IMG/VR virus record: IMGVR_UViG_3300020161_000500
Coordinates: 1-24,677 of that record
Reading direction: 5' to 3' (one strand)
Length of the DNA stretch: 24,677 nt
From: a virus
Taxonomy: Duplodnaviria > Caudoviricetes
Both the position numbers and the translations under genes were made by a program. The notes under the pieces are model-generated. The model did not search any database and had not been told where the DNA came from. It saw only the letters and a program-made list of their open reading frames with translations. Position 1 is the first letter of the stretch. Every line of letters starts with the position of its first letter. This document shows positions 8,410 to 17,549 of the stretch, one piece after another.

Positions 8410-9008
8410 TGGATATTAGCAAACTTAAAGGACACATTCCTGATTCTGTATTATCACAAATCCCTAATACTGCGGCTAAGTTTGAAATTAATACTCCGCT
8501 CCGTTTAGCGCATTTCCTTTCCCAATGTGGTCATGAGTCTGGACAGTTTAGAGTAGTTAATGAAAACTTGAACTATGGTGCAAAAGGTCTACTTGGCATA
8601 TTCAAAAAGTATTTCCCAACTGAAGATAAAGCTAAAATGTATGAGAGAAAGCCTGAAAAGATCGCTAACCTCGTTTACGCTTCAAGGATGGGCAACGGTC
8701 CAGAATCATCTGGAGACGGTTACAAATATCGTGGCCGCGGTTATATTCAATTGACAGGTAAAGACAACTATACTGCATTTGGAAAATCAATAGGTGAGAA
8801 TATTGCAGTTACTCCAGATTTAGTAGCTACACAATACCCACTACTTTCTGCTGCTTGGTTCTTTAATAAGAACGGACTACATAAGTTAGCTGACAAAGGA
8901 GCAACTCCTGAAGTAGTGACTATGGTAACTAAGCGTGTTAATGGCGGTACAATTGGTTTAGCTGATCGTCTTAAACATTTCAAAGAGTACTACGAACTAC
9001 TCAAGTAG
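8409..9008 (+). CDS. Glycoside hydrolase family 19 endolysin
   Basis: LAHFLSQCGHES, ENLNY, YRGRGYIQLTG..NY, SAAWFF and VNGGTIGL.DR. Confidence 0.93.
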   Translation: MDISKLKGHIPDSVLSQIPNTAAKFEINTPLRLAHFLSQCGHESGQFRVVNENLNYGAKGLLGIFKKYFPTEDKAKMYERKPEKIANLVYASRMGNGPESSGDGYKYRGRGYIQLTGKDNYTAFGKSIGENIAVTPDLVATQYPLLSAAWFFNKNGLHKLADKGATPEVVTMVTKRVNGGTIGLADRLKHFKEYYELLK

Positions 9009-9086
9009 TTAACGATTTGATAATACGATAAATTAACATCTCAAAAAACGGTTTGATACTTATATAGGTACTAACAGTCCTAAATA

Positions 9087-11339
9087 ATGATCAAGCCGTT
9101 TCTTATTTTTGTTTCGCTATTTCCACTTTCTTTATTCTCTCAAGACACATTATTCAACCAAAAACTTAGTGAAATTACAGTAAAATCTGTAGCTAAGAAA
9201 GAGAGTAATTTATCTGTAATTAATCTAGTAAAGAATAACTCTGTAGTATCAGATGGTATATCTATCGAATATTTAAAAAAGACTCCTGATAGAACAGTTG
9301 GTGATGCTCTTAAAAGAGTTAACGGTGTAACTATTCAAAACGATAAGTTTGTCTTAGTTAGAGGTTTAGCAGATAGATATAATTCTGCTATGTTAAACAA
9401 AACTATTTTACCTTCAACAGAACCGGATAGGAGAGCATTTTCATTTGATATTATTCCTTCTAGTTTAATAGATAACATTATAGTAGCAAAATCATCATCA
9501 GCTAATTTACCTGGTGATTTTTCTGGAGGTCTGATACAAATAACTACTAAAGACGTATCGGGTAATTTTTTAAACATATCATTAGGGAGTGGTTGGGGTT
9601 TAGTTTCAACTTCGAAAGGATTCAAGTTAGTACAAGCTACTGAATTCCCTTCCGCTTTCCCTTCTACTTACAGATTTCGTATAGGTAGTTTAGGAGACAG
9701 AAGAGCATATACTAAACTAATGAAGTCGTATGATGCTAGATCTTTTACATCTACACCTAACTACAATGGTGCTATTTCATTTGGTATTAAAAAAAACAAG
9801 TGGAATGTATTGTTCAGCTCTACAGGAAGAAAATCTTACTCTTTAAACTATATCGATAGATTAGACTATCAATCATCCACAGAACTTGCGTACAAATATA
9901 AAGATACTTCGTATACTACAACAGAATCACTGAATGGTTTATTAAACCTTACATACATAGGAAAGTATAAGTATAGTCTAAAGACTTTGTTTAATCATCA
10001 AATAGAACAATCATATCTTACTAGGTTTGGTGAGAACTACGATAACGTACAAGATGTAAAAAGCACATCAAGCAATAAAATAGTTAAGAGTGTTATTAAT
10101 TCTCAGTTTGATGCTAAGATGAAAACAATAGATTTTAATTTAGGCTATAACTTAATGTTAAGAGATCAACCTGATTATAGAGTTAATCCTATTACAAAGT
10201 CTTTAGGATCTAACCAAAACTATTCTATAGCTTGGAGAGATACATACAGATTCTGGAGTGTAATGAATGAAAATAGCTTTAATGCTGGGATCAACAAGGA
10301 TTTTGGAAACATTAAAGTTGGTAGTAGCTATTTGAAAAAGCTAAGACAATTCCAAGCCAGAATATTTAGGTATGAAGCTATTGACTTAATGAATGAAATA
10401 ACAAATAATACAGATAGATATAAAGCAAACTTTGATTTGTCTTCTATATATCTTATGTATGATAAAGAGTTTGGAGACTGGAAACTAAATACAGGATTAA
10501 GAACAGAATACAATCTATTTAATGTTAATACAGCAGATTTTAGTGGACAAAAAGTAAACGTAGACAGAAAGTATTTAGACTTCCTTCCATCATTAAATGT
10601 ATCTAAGACAGTAGATAGAATAAAGAAGAGATTTTCTATAAGTAAAACTTTAGCAAGGCCTGAGTTTAGGGAAGTTGCTAACTTTGCCTATTACGATTTT
10701 GTAAGGAATGCTCAATTGTTAGGCAATTCTAAACTAGAAAAGTCAGACATATATAATGTAGATCTTAAGTGGGAATACTATCCAAAGACAGGTGAAACAG
10801 TTTCTGTAGGAGTATTTGGAAAACAATTTATAAAACCAATTGAACAAATAGTAGCGGATGGATCTGTTCCATCAAACCTTCTACTAACTTATACCAATCC
10901 AGATAAAGCATCTCTATATGGTATTGAAATAGAAGTAAGAAAAAAAATGGCAGAATGGTTAGACTTCTATGCTAATACATCAATCATGACATCAGAGGTT
11001 AATGTAAACGGATCTAAAAGACAATTACAAGGTCAATCCAATTATATTATCAATGGTGGATTAAACTTACATAAAGAGTCTAATACTATCAATGTAACAT
11101 ATAATAGAGTAGGAGACAGAATATCTGCAGTAGGTTTTCAAGGATACTCTGATATATTTGAAAACTCAAGAGACGTAGTAGACATAGTGTATTTAAGAAA
11201 GTTAAAGAAAGGAGAAATCAAATTAGCCATATCAGATATATTAGCGCAACCCTCTAAATACTATCAAAAGAATAGAGGAGATTTAATAAAAACAAATAAC
11301 GAACAAACAATTTCATTAACATTAAACTTGAATTTATGA
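9087..11339 (+). CDS. TonB-dependent outer-membrane receptor
   Basis: Signal peptide, LSEITV TonB-box-like segment, plug (DALKRVNGV, VRGLADRYN, IIVAKS, GGLIQITTK) and barrel motifs (LPSLN, ARPEFRE, GNSKL, NVDLKWEYY, YGIEIE). Confidence 0.92.
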   Translation: MIKPFLIFVSLFPLSLFSQDTLFNQKLSEITVKSVAKKESNLSVINLVKNNSVVSDGISIEYLKKTPDRTVGDALKRVNGVTIQNDKFVLVRGLADRYNSAMLNKTILPSTEPDRRAFSFDIIPSSLIDNIIVAKSSSANLPGDFSGGLIQITTKDVSGNFLNISLGSGWGLVSTSKGFKLVQATEFPSAFPSTYRFRIGSLGDRRAYTKLMKSYDARSFTSTPNYNGAISFGIKKNKWNVLFSSTGRKSYSLNYIDRLDYQSSTELAYKYKDTSYTTTESLNGLLNLTYIGKYKYSLKTLFNHQIEQSYLTRFGENYDNVQDVKSTSSNKIVKSVINSQFDAKMKTIDFNLGYNLMLRDQPDYRVNPITKSLGSNQNYSIAWRDTYRFWSVMNENSFNAGINKDFGNIKVGSSYLKKLRQFQARIFRYEAIDLMNEITNNTDRYKANFDLSSIYLMYDKEFGDWKLNTGLRTEYNLFNVNTADFSGQKVNVDRKYLDFLPSLNVSKTVDRIKKRFSISKTLARPEFREVANFAYYDFVRNAQLLGNSKLEKSDIYNVDLKWEYYPKTGETVSVGVFGKQFIKPIEQIVADGSVPSNLLLTYTNPDKASLYGIEIEVRKKMAEWLDFYANTSIMTSEVNVNGSKRQLQGQSNYIINGGLNLHKESNTINVTYNRVGDRISAVGFQGYSDIFENSRDVVDIVYLRKLKKGEIKLAISDILAQPSKYYQKNRGDLIKTNNEQTISLTLNLNL

Positions 11340-12538
11340 AAAATTTATTAAGCGTATTACTTTTAGTAGGTTTATTTAGTTGCACAAAAGATTTAGGTGG
11401 AGACGATGGACCGATCAATGTTCCTTCTTCAACTACTCTATCAGGTAATATCAATGCAACAACTACATTAACCTCAGATAAAGTTTGGACACTTAAAGGT
11501 TATGTATATGTAACTGATGGTGCTAAATTAATTATTCAACCTGGAACTATTATTATAAGTGATATCGCAGAGAAAGGTGCGTTGTGTATTGAAAGAGGCG
11601 CACAAATTATTGCAGAAGGTACAGCGGCTAAACCTATTGTGTTTACTTCTGGAAAACCTGCTGGTGAAAGAACACCTGGTGATTGGGGCGGTATTGTTAT
11701 TTTAGGTAAAGCAAAGACTAATAGAAGTTCTGAACCAACTATTGAAGGTGGTATAGGCCGTCCTTATGGAGGAACTAACGATCAAGACAATAGCGGAATA
11801 TTAAAATATGTTCGTATAGAGTATGCAGGTATTGCGGCACTTCCTAATTCAGAGATCAATGGATTAACTTTAGGAGGAGTAGGTTCAGGTACTACAATTG
11901 AATATGTTCAAACAATATATGCTAATGATGATGCATTTGAGTTCTTTGGTGGAACAGTATCTCCTAAAAACTTATATGCATTCGCAACAGCAGATGATGA
12001 CTTTGACTTTGACTTTGGTTATACAGGAACTGTAACAAATGGAGTATCAAAACGCGATCCTAAGTTTGTAGATAATGGAGACGCAGGAAACGGTGTAGAA
12101 TGTGATAATGATGGTACAGGATCATCAGCACAACCATTTACGCATCCTAAACTCATTGGGATGATTCTGGTAGGTCCATTTGATGCTAGCTCATTAACCA
12201 ATCACAATTTAGGTTTGAGATGGAGGAGAGCTACCCAATTCACTATAACCAATTCCAAGATATTGGGTTACATGAAAGGCGGATTTAGTATTGAATCAAA
12301 TGAGACTGCTCAAGCATATAAAGATGGAGTAAGTAAGTTTGAAAACAACGAAGTACAATCCTACGATCTTCTACAGAATTTTAAATCTACTTCTGCAGTA
12401 ATAACAGCGGTAGATATGAAGACTAAGGCTTTGTCACAAGGAAATAAAGAAGTATCATATACTAAATTAGAAATGGAAACAATGTCTAAACCTGGATGGA
12501 CAATAGGATGGACTAAATTCCCAGTTAAAGGGCAATAA
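11336..12538 (+). CDS. Surface lipoprotein, beta-helix-like acidic family commonly paired with this TBDR type
   Basis: Lipobox LFSC; GDWGGIVILG, DNSG.LKYVRIEYAG, NGLTLGGVG, DDAFEFFGG and DDDFDFD; ATGA overlap with the TBDR gene. Confidence 0.8.
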   Translation: MKNLLSVLLLVGLFSCTKDLGGDDGPINVPSSTTLSGNINATTTLTSDKVWTLKGYVYVTDGAKLIIQPGTIIISDIAEKGALCIERGAQIIAEGTAAKPIVFTSGKPAGERTPGDWGGIVILGKAKTNRSSEPTIEGGIGRPYGGTNDQDNSGILKYVRIEYAGIAALPNSEINGLTLGGVGSGTTIEYVQTIYANDDAFEFFGGTVSPKNLYAFATADDDFDFDFGYTGTVTNGVSKRDPKFVDNGDAGNGVECDNDGTGSSAQPFTHPKLIGMILVGPFDASSLTNHNLGLRWRRATQFTITNSKILGYMKGGFSIESNETAQAYKDGVSKFENNEVQSYDLLQNFKSTSAVITAVDMKTKALSQGNKEVSYTKLEMETMSKPGWTIGWTKFPVKGQ

Positions 12539-12575
12539 TATACGTTCATATATAGATAGTAAGATATTTATATTC

Positions 12576-12929
12576 ATGAAGAGCCTTTTAGAATTATTAA
12601 ACGAAGTAAAGAATAAAGATGAGAAGTTTGAAGACTTCTCTGAAAAAAGACAATCTGGTGCTGAAAAGATAGCAAATAACGCCAAAGAGAAAGGCGGCTT
12701 ATCTATGCTAACTTATAATCACTTTATAGTTAAAATGCCATATTACGAGAAGGCAAAGAAAGGCAACTTCGATCCAGAGAAAGGAAAAAAAGAGTATAAA
12801 GACTTACTAGATAAATTAGTTAAGGCATCTGAAGACGTAAATATGACCCAAACTGAATTCCAACGCCTGGTTGGAAAGATAGAAGTAGTGGGCGAACTCA
12901 TCATAAAGAGTAAGGAAACACAAAAATAA
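12576..12929 (+). CDS. Hypothetical phage protein
   Basis: 117-aa ORF with ATATTTAT at 12564-12571; MKSLLELLNE start typical of these phages. Confidence 0.7.
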   Translation: MKSLLELLNEVKNKDEKFEDFSEKRQSGAEKIANNAKEKGGLSMLTYNHFIVKMPYYEKAKKGNFDPEKGKKEYKDLLDKLVKASEDVNMTQTEFQRLVGKIEVVGELIIKSKETQK

Positions 12930-12977
12930 AAGTGGTTAACTAGTAAGATTAATTGTATAATATCCAATACAGTTTGT

Positions 12978-12985
12978 TATATTTG
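12978..12985 (+). promoter_or_regulatory. TATATTTG -7 element
   Basis: Intergenic, upstream of the ATG at 13008. Confidence 0.55.
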
Positions 12986-13007
12986 TATTAATTAAAACAA
13001 AAAGCAC

Positions 13008-13178
13008 ATGAAAAAGATCATGATTATGTTTGTAGCAGTATTGACTATTGCTGCATGCAACGGAACAAGCGAATCTAATATTGCAGTAGACTCTTTAGCT
13101 GTTGATTCATCAGCAGTATTAGCTATTGATTCAACTGCAGCTAAGATTCCAGCAGACTCAGTATCTGTAGTTAAGTAA
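13008..13178 (+). CDS. 56-aa lipoprotein, absent from the ORF track
   Basis: MKKIMIMFVAVLTIAAC-NGTSESNIAVDSLAVDSSAVLAIDSTAAKIPADSVSVVK*; lipobox IAAC; A-rich leader. Confidence 0.8.
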   Translation: MKKIMIMFVAVLTIAACNGTSESNIAVDSLAVDSSAVLAIDSTAAKIPADSVSVVK

Positions 13179-13258
13179 TGAGTTAAGTGTTGTCGAGGGA
13201 AGCGCTCGGAAAGGATACCGTTGAAACTCCTTTTTGATATAAAATAAAAATTCAATAT

Positions 13259-13504
13259 ATGAAAGTTATGTGTATTCAAGGACACGAAGGTGTTCTACAA
13301 GATGGAAATGTTTATAGTGTAGTAGGAGTTACTCAAAATGGAAACTACCTCCTTGAAGGAGTAGAAGTTCCAGAAGGATACACATCTTTTGCCAAAGAAA
13401 GATTCCAGCCTATTGATTCTTATGATAGCTGGAGCGATGATTGGACAGAACAGATGGAAGAGGAATACTGGGAAGAGCAACCATCTCCTGAGCACACTAC
13501 TTAG
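13259..13504 (+). CDS. Hypothetical protein (small beta domain plus acidic tail)
   Basis: MKVMCI...L..G.VY.V...F..ERF pattern common in phage proteins. Confidence 0.7.
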   Translation: MKVMCIQGHEGVLQDGNVYSVVGVTQNGNYLLEGVEVPEGYTSFAKERFQPIDSYDSWSDDWTEQMEEEYWEEQPSPEHTT

Positions 13505-13517
13505 TTCTTTAACTTAT

Positions 13518-13907
13518 GGGGCATACTTGGAATTGATTGCTATGAGATCGATAGTACCACATGCAGGCGTTTGGTAGAGTCGCCTTAGAAAACTGCAAAC
13601 AATAACTGACGAAATGTCAACAATGACCTTCGATGACCTTATGGCCTTCGTTGGTGCCGACTACGCTGTAGCAGCCTAGTCCGCAAACGGGTGAGTAACC
13701 TAGGAACAGAACTACTCTGAGCGTTCACGATCGACTCATTAAATAAGGACCGTGGTTATGGCATTCCCTTTTGGGCCATGTAATCAATTGGGTGGTAGTC
13801 TCTCCATTACGGGGCCAATTACAGTACAGCGCAAGCAGTACTAAGCATGTGAGACGTTGGTGTTATAGGTACTTAGTAAGACCTGGGTTCGAATCCCAGA
13901 TGCTCCA
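13518..13907 (+). ncRNA. ssrA: tmRNA
   Basis: GGGGCAT/ATGCTCC acceptor stem with G3-U70 and A discriminator; T arm CTGGG-TTCGAAT-CCCAG; CACATGC/GCATGTG helix; tag ORF 13608-13679 after ATAACT, ending YAVAA*. CCA is not encoded (CTA). Confidence 0.93.
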
Positions 13908-13914
13908 CTATTTA

Positions 13915-13948
13915 AGGGGTAGTTCTTTAGTGAGCTATCCCTTTTTTT
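13915..13948 (+). terminator. Intrinsic terminator after tmRNA
   Basis: AGGGGTAGTTC-TTTAGT-GAGCTATCCCT 11-bp stem plus T tract. Confidence 0.85.
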
Positions 13949-13950
13949 GT

Positions 13951-13958
13951 ATATTTAT
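13951..13958 (+). promoter_or_regulatory. ATATTTAT putative promoter for the envelope operon
   Basis: Immediately after the terminator, 8 nt before the ATG at 13967. Confidence 0.5.
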
Positions 13959-13966
13959 ATCTGAGT

Positions 13967-14461
13967 ATGAGGACTTTCTTATTTATTTTATTCGTATTTA
14001 CATGTTTATTTAGTGCAGCTATTGCACAACCAAATAAGATCGTTGTAGGAACTGTTACCAACCAAATTAAGCTTGGTCCAATGAAAGGTAATAAGAATCT
14101 AACACTAGGCCTAAAAAATATAGCTGAAGAAGCTATTTTAGATAAGTCAGATAAACTTGTTTTGGTTGATGACATTGAGCCAGGAACTTATCAGTTGAAT
14201 ATGGAGATTGTTTATTTTGATATTCAACAAACGTCTACTGGTATAAGTGTCTTCCATAAGACTGACAACGAGACTATTATTAGAATAAAAGGTACGTTGT
14301 TACTAGATGGAAAGAAGGTAAAAGATTATGTTGCGACTGGAACTAGTTCTGAAATATCTACCTCAACTATGATTATCGATGAAGGTGGTGGTTTTAATCA
14401 AGCGTCTGCACGTTCTGCATTGAAAAAAACCATTATAAACCTAATCGATAAACTACTATGA
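13967..14461 (+). CDS. Secreted CsgG/HfaB-like fold protein (short paralog)
   Basis: Signal peptide; LGLKNIAEE and FNQASARSALKK resemble LGVTNIVVE and FNQSTIGTSTKK of 17549-18298. Confidence 0.55.
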   Translation: MRTFLFILFVFTCLFSAAIAQPNKIVVGTVTNQIKLGPMKGNKNLTLGLKNIAEEAILDKSDKLVLVDDIEPGTYQLNMEIVYFDIQQTSTGISVFHKTDNETIIRIKGTLLLDGKKVKDYVATGTSSEISTSTMIIDEGGGFNQASARSALKKTIINLIDKLL

Positions 14462-16356
14462 AAAAACTATTATTAGCTCTATCGCTTCTAATCAGTTTTG
14501 CTTCTTATTCACAAACACCTCAGATTGGCCACTTCCAGACTCTAGCTACAGTTCGTCGTGGCGATACTCTAGACGTTGCTTGGTATTATAGACCTGGTGC
14601 TTCTGCAGATGTTCGTACATTCCAAGTTGACTGGCAATACAAGAAAGCATTACTAACCCACATTTCTACTACAGTTGATGCTTCAGTTAACGGAATGACT
14701 CCAGCTGTAAGCTATAAAACTTGGGATAATTACAAATACAATAATTACTCAAACGGGACTTATAACTATACATCTAATTCAGATTGGACTATAGGCCGTA
14801 ACTACTTAGTATTATCAAGTGGTTCAACTATTGGATCTAATGGTTACATTATTCACAATAAGTACAAGATTAATTCTGTATCACCAAACTTCGCCTCAGA
14901 TACTATTACTGTAAACTGGGCTCGTATGTTTAAGGTGGATGGTACTACGATTGGTGATAATGTAGCTCAACTTACAAATCAGAAATTAGCAATTAAGTTA
15001 TTAGGTAACTTAACATTATCAGGTAAAGTATGGTTAGGTCCAAACATGACTCTAAAACCAGTAGTATGGTGCTATCAAGCCAGTAATAATGCCTTTATTG
15101 ATTCAGTAACTGTAAACGCTGATGGTACTTATGTTTTAGATAATGTTGATGAGAATACAAAATATAAGTTAGAAGTTAAATTCCCATCTCCATTAGCTAC
15201 TATTAGAGATAACGCTGTAACAATATCCGATGCTGTTAAAGCGTACGATGAATATACATCCACTGATGTTAACCAAGTTTATAGCCGCCAATACTTAAAA
15301 AATGGATTAGCATATTTGATTGCTGATGTTAATAAAACAGGCACATTAGATGGTGGTGATCCATACTCAATCTATGCTTCAGTATCAGGATTAAAACCAA
15401 TCGATACAACTAAGTTAATTAACGTATTTAAGAAAAATGTTTACGATTCATTAACTATAGGAGCAAATCAATGGAATGACTGGGTTGGTTATACTAATAG
15501 TGGTGTAACATATATCTTTGATAGTGTAGGTGTAGTTAATTTAACAGGTGTAGATATTAAATACTACATCTTAGGTGATGTTGATAGAACACATTCATCC
15601 CCAGTATATGATGCTGGTGGTGCTTTAATAGCTGCTGCTAAGTATATTGGAAATATGGATATTAATATACCAAATGTAACTGCTCCAACAGGTCAAGCAA
15701 TGTATGCTAGTTTTAATATGAATACTAATGGTATTAAGAATGACGGTTTACAGTTTGAAATGAAATATGATCCAAATAAAGTTAAGTTTGAGGAAATTAT
15801 TTCAAACATTCAAGGGCCATGGTTACAATATTTAACACACGATGATGTTAATGGTATTATTCGTTTCGGTGGAATGAATAATCAAGTATTAGGATCATTA
15901 ACAGGTAATGTAACTCCATTTAAATTAAAATTTTCCCCAGTTGGTAATAATGACGTTCAAACAAATGTATATGTTAGACGTTTAATGGATGCTAGTGATA
16001 AAAACGGAGATCACTTCAATATTAATTTAGCATCTGATTATGTAGTATTAGCTACAAGAGCTTTACCTGGATATGTTCAATCAAATGGTGAAACTACAGC
16101 TATGATCCGTCCTAATCCAACTAGTGGTTTCTTTGAATTAGTAGTTACTTTCCCTAGAGGAAACATGTCTTCATTAGCAACAGTATATGATGTTACAGGA
16201 CGTAAAATAAAAGATATTGGTAAAATAGTTAGCAACGAATATATAACAACTGTAATTAAACAAGTAGATTTAACACAAGCTGCTAATGGTCACTATTTAT
16301 TAGTGTTAGATAATGAAAATCAAAAAAGATTAACTAAACAATTTATTAAAGCTTAA
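14458..16356 (+). CDS. Secreted modular protein: cohesin-like, Ig-like, dockerin-like, cohesin-like, T9SS type A CTD
   Basis: Signal peptide; FQVDWQY and LQFEMKYDPNKVKF cohesin-type strands; ADVNKTGTLDGGD Ca loop; IRPNPTSG...VYDVTGRKI...DL...NGHYLL...TKQFIK CTD. Confidence 0.78.
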   Translation: MKKLLLALSLLISFASYSQTPQIGHFQTLATVRRGDTLDVAWYYRPGASADVRTFQVDWQYKKALLTHISTTVDASVNGMTPAVSYKTWDNYKYNNYSNGTYNYTSNSDWTIGRNYLVLSSGSTIGSNGYIIHNKYKINSVSPNFASDTITVNWARMFKVDGTTIGDNVAQLTNQKLAIKLLGNLTLSGKVWLGPNMTLKPVVWCYQASNNAFIDSVTVNADGTYVLDNVDENTKYKLEVKFPSPLATIRDNAVTISDAVKAYDEYTSTDVNQVYSRQYLKNGLAYLIADVNKTGTLDGGDPYSIYASVSGLKPIDTTKLINVFKKNVYDSLTIGANQWNDWVGYTNSGVTYIFDSVGVVNLTGVDIKYYILGDVDRTHSSPVYDAGGALIAAAKYIGNMDINIPNVTAPTGQAMYASFNMNTNGIKNDGLQFEMKYDPNKVKFEEIISNIQGPWLQYLTHDDVNGIIRFGGMNNQVLGSLTGNVTPFKLKFSPVGNNDVQTNVYVRRLMDASDKNGDHFNINLASDYVVLATRALPGYVQSNGETTAMIRPNPTSGFFELVVTFPRGNMSSLATVYDVTGRKIKDIGKIVSNEYITTVIKQVDLTQAANGHYLLVLDNENQKRLTKQFIKA

Positions 16357-16360
16357 ATTT

Positions 16361-16669
16361 ATGTCAGAAGAATTAGAACAAAACGAAGGTACTTGGTCAG
16401 GTCTTAAAAAAACCATTATTGGTGTTGCTACAACAGCTGTTATGGGCTTAGGAACATGGGGTGTAACTAAAATAACAGGCGGTGGTGATGAATCTGCCCC
16501 TGCACCTGCTGCACCTGCTCCAGTAATTAATATTACAACAAATAACACTCAGCAACAACAAGCTGCCGGCGGCACTAAAGTAATTGAGCGTGTAGTTGAA
16601 AAACCAGCTGCAAAACCTACTGAGCCAGCTAAACCTAAGAAAGAATTTTCGGAAGAACCAAAATGGTAA
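16361..16669 (+). CDS. Membrane-anchored Pro/Gln-rich protein
   Basis: One hydrophobic helix, then APAPAAPAP, QQQQ and PK-rich linkers. Confidence 0.7.
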   Translation: MSEELEQNEGTWSGLKKTIIGVATTAVMGLGTWGVTKITGGGDESAPAPAAPAPVINITTNNTQQQQAAGGTKVIERVVEKPAAKPTEPAKPKKEFSEEPKW

Positions 16670-16673
16670 TAAA

Positions 16674-17285
16674 ATGAATCAACAACCAAGTGGATTTAGA
16701 GATCTATTAAATAAAATGATGAGCCGTAGATGGTATATCACGGCAATGGTATTGGGTGGATTTATATTAATTATTGGCGGTATATTTACTGCTATTAGTT
16801 TACAAACACCAATGGCTGCAGCATGGAAAGAATTATTAATGTTATTATTAGGTGCCTTCATTGGTAGCTACGGTAAGATTATTGATTACTGGTTCAGCGA
16901 TACTGACAAAGATAAAATGTTAGTGCAGAAAATGGATGAGGAAGATGGTGTTAGTATGGGTAGTGTTAATGATATTAAAGAAAGCAACAAACCATTTACT
17001 CCATTAATTCCAGATGCTTTTGTAGCAGGTGCAGCAGCAGCTAGAGATTTAGCTGTAGTTGAAAATAAACAGAACTACGACCTTAAGAAAGATGAGCAAG
17101 AACATCGTCAAACTATGGAGTTAGATGAGCAAGAGCATGATCAAGAGATGGAGAAATTAAAATTAGAGCATGAGTTAAAATCACATAGATATTGCGAGCA
17201 TGTTTGGGGCGATAGTGATAATGATGGAGAGTTAGAATGTCAGAAATGCGGTTTATTTAAAGATAGTTACGATGAGTCACATTAA
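16674..17285 (+). CDS. Two-TM membrane protein with a coiled coil and Cys-containing C-terminus
   Basis: Two hydrophobic helices, IIDYWFS, repeated DEQEH and CEH...CQKC; ATG at 16674 preferred. Confidence 0.72.
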   Translation: MNQQPSGFRDLLNKMMSRRWYITAMVLGGFILIIGGIFTAISLQTPMAAAWKELLMLLLGAFIGSYGKIIDYWFSDTDKDKMLVQKMDEEDGVSMGSVNDIKESNKPFTPLIPDAFVAGAAAARDLAVVENKQNYDLKKDEQEHRQTMELDEQEHDQEMEKLKLEHELKSHRYCEHVWGDSDNDGELECQKCGLFKDSYDESH

Positions 17286-17306
17286 TAACGATTAAATCTT
17301 TTAAAC

Positions 17307-17549
17307 ATGAAAAGCTGGTTAAAAAGTTTGTTTGATGATTCAAACACAATCAATGAAAAGTCTGTTGTAGGTTTTATTGCTTTTACAATGATGGTAGTAA
17401 CATTGATTGCTGACATTGCAACCGGTGTGATGGGTAAAGAAATGCCTATTCATGAGTTTGTATTTGATGGTTTTATGGTAGTTGTACTTGGAGCATTTGG
17501 TATTGCTTCAGTAGATAAGTTTATCAACAAAAGAAAAGGAGCAGAGTAA
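17307..17549 (+). CDS. Small two-TM membrane protein (holin-like topology)
   Basis: Two hydrophobic helices and a basic C-terminus. Confidence 0.65.
   Translation: MKSWLKSLFDDSNTINEKSVVGFIAFTMMVVTLIADIATGVMGKEMPIHEFVFDGFMVVVLGAFGIASVDKFINKRKGAE

Noticed and set aside
13180-13235. SRP (4.5S) RNA
   Set aside because: Lacks the conserved CAGG...GGAA...AGCAG domain IV motif and is too short.
13389-14013. ORFs 13389-13577 and 13771-14013
   Set aside because: They overlap the tmRNA and its terminator and have no protein-like features.
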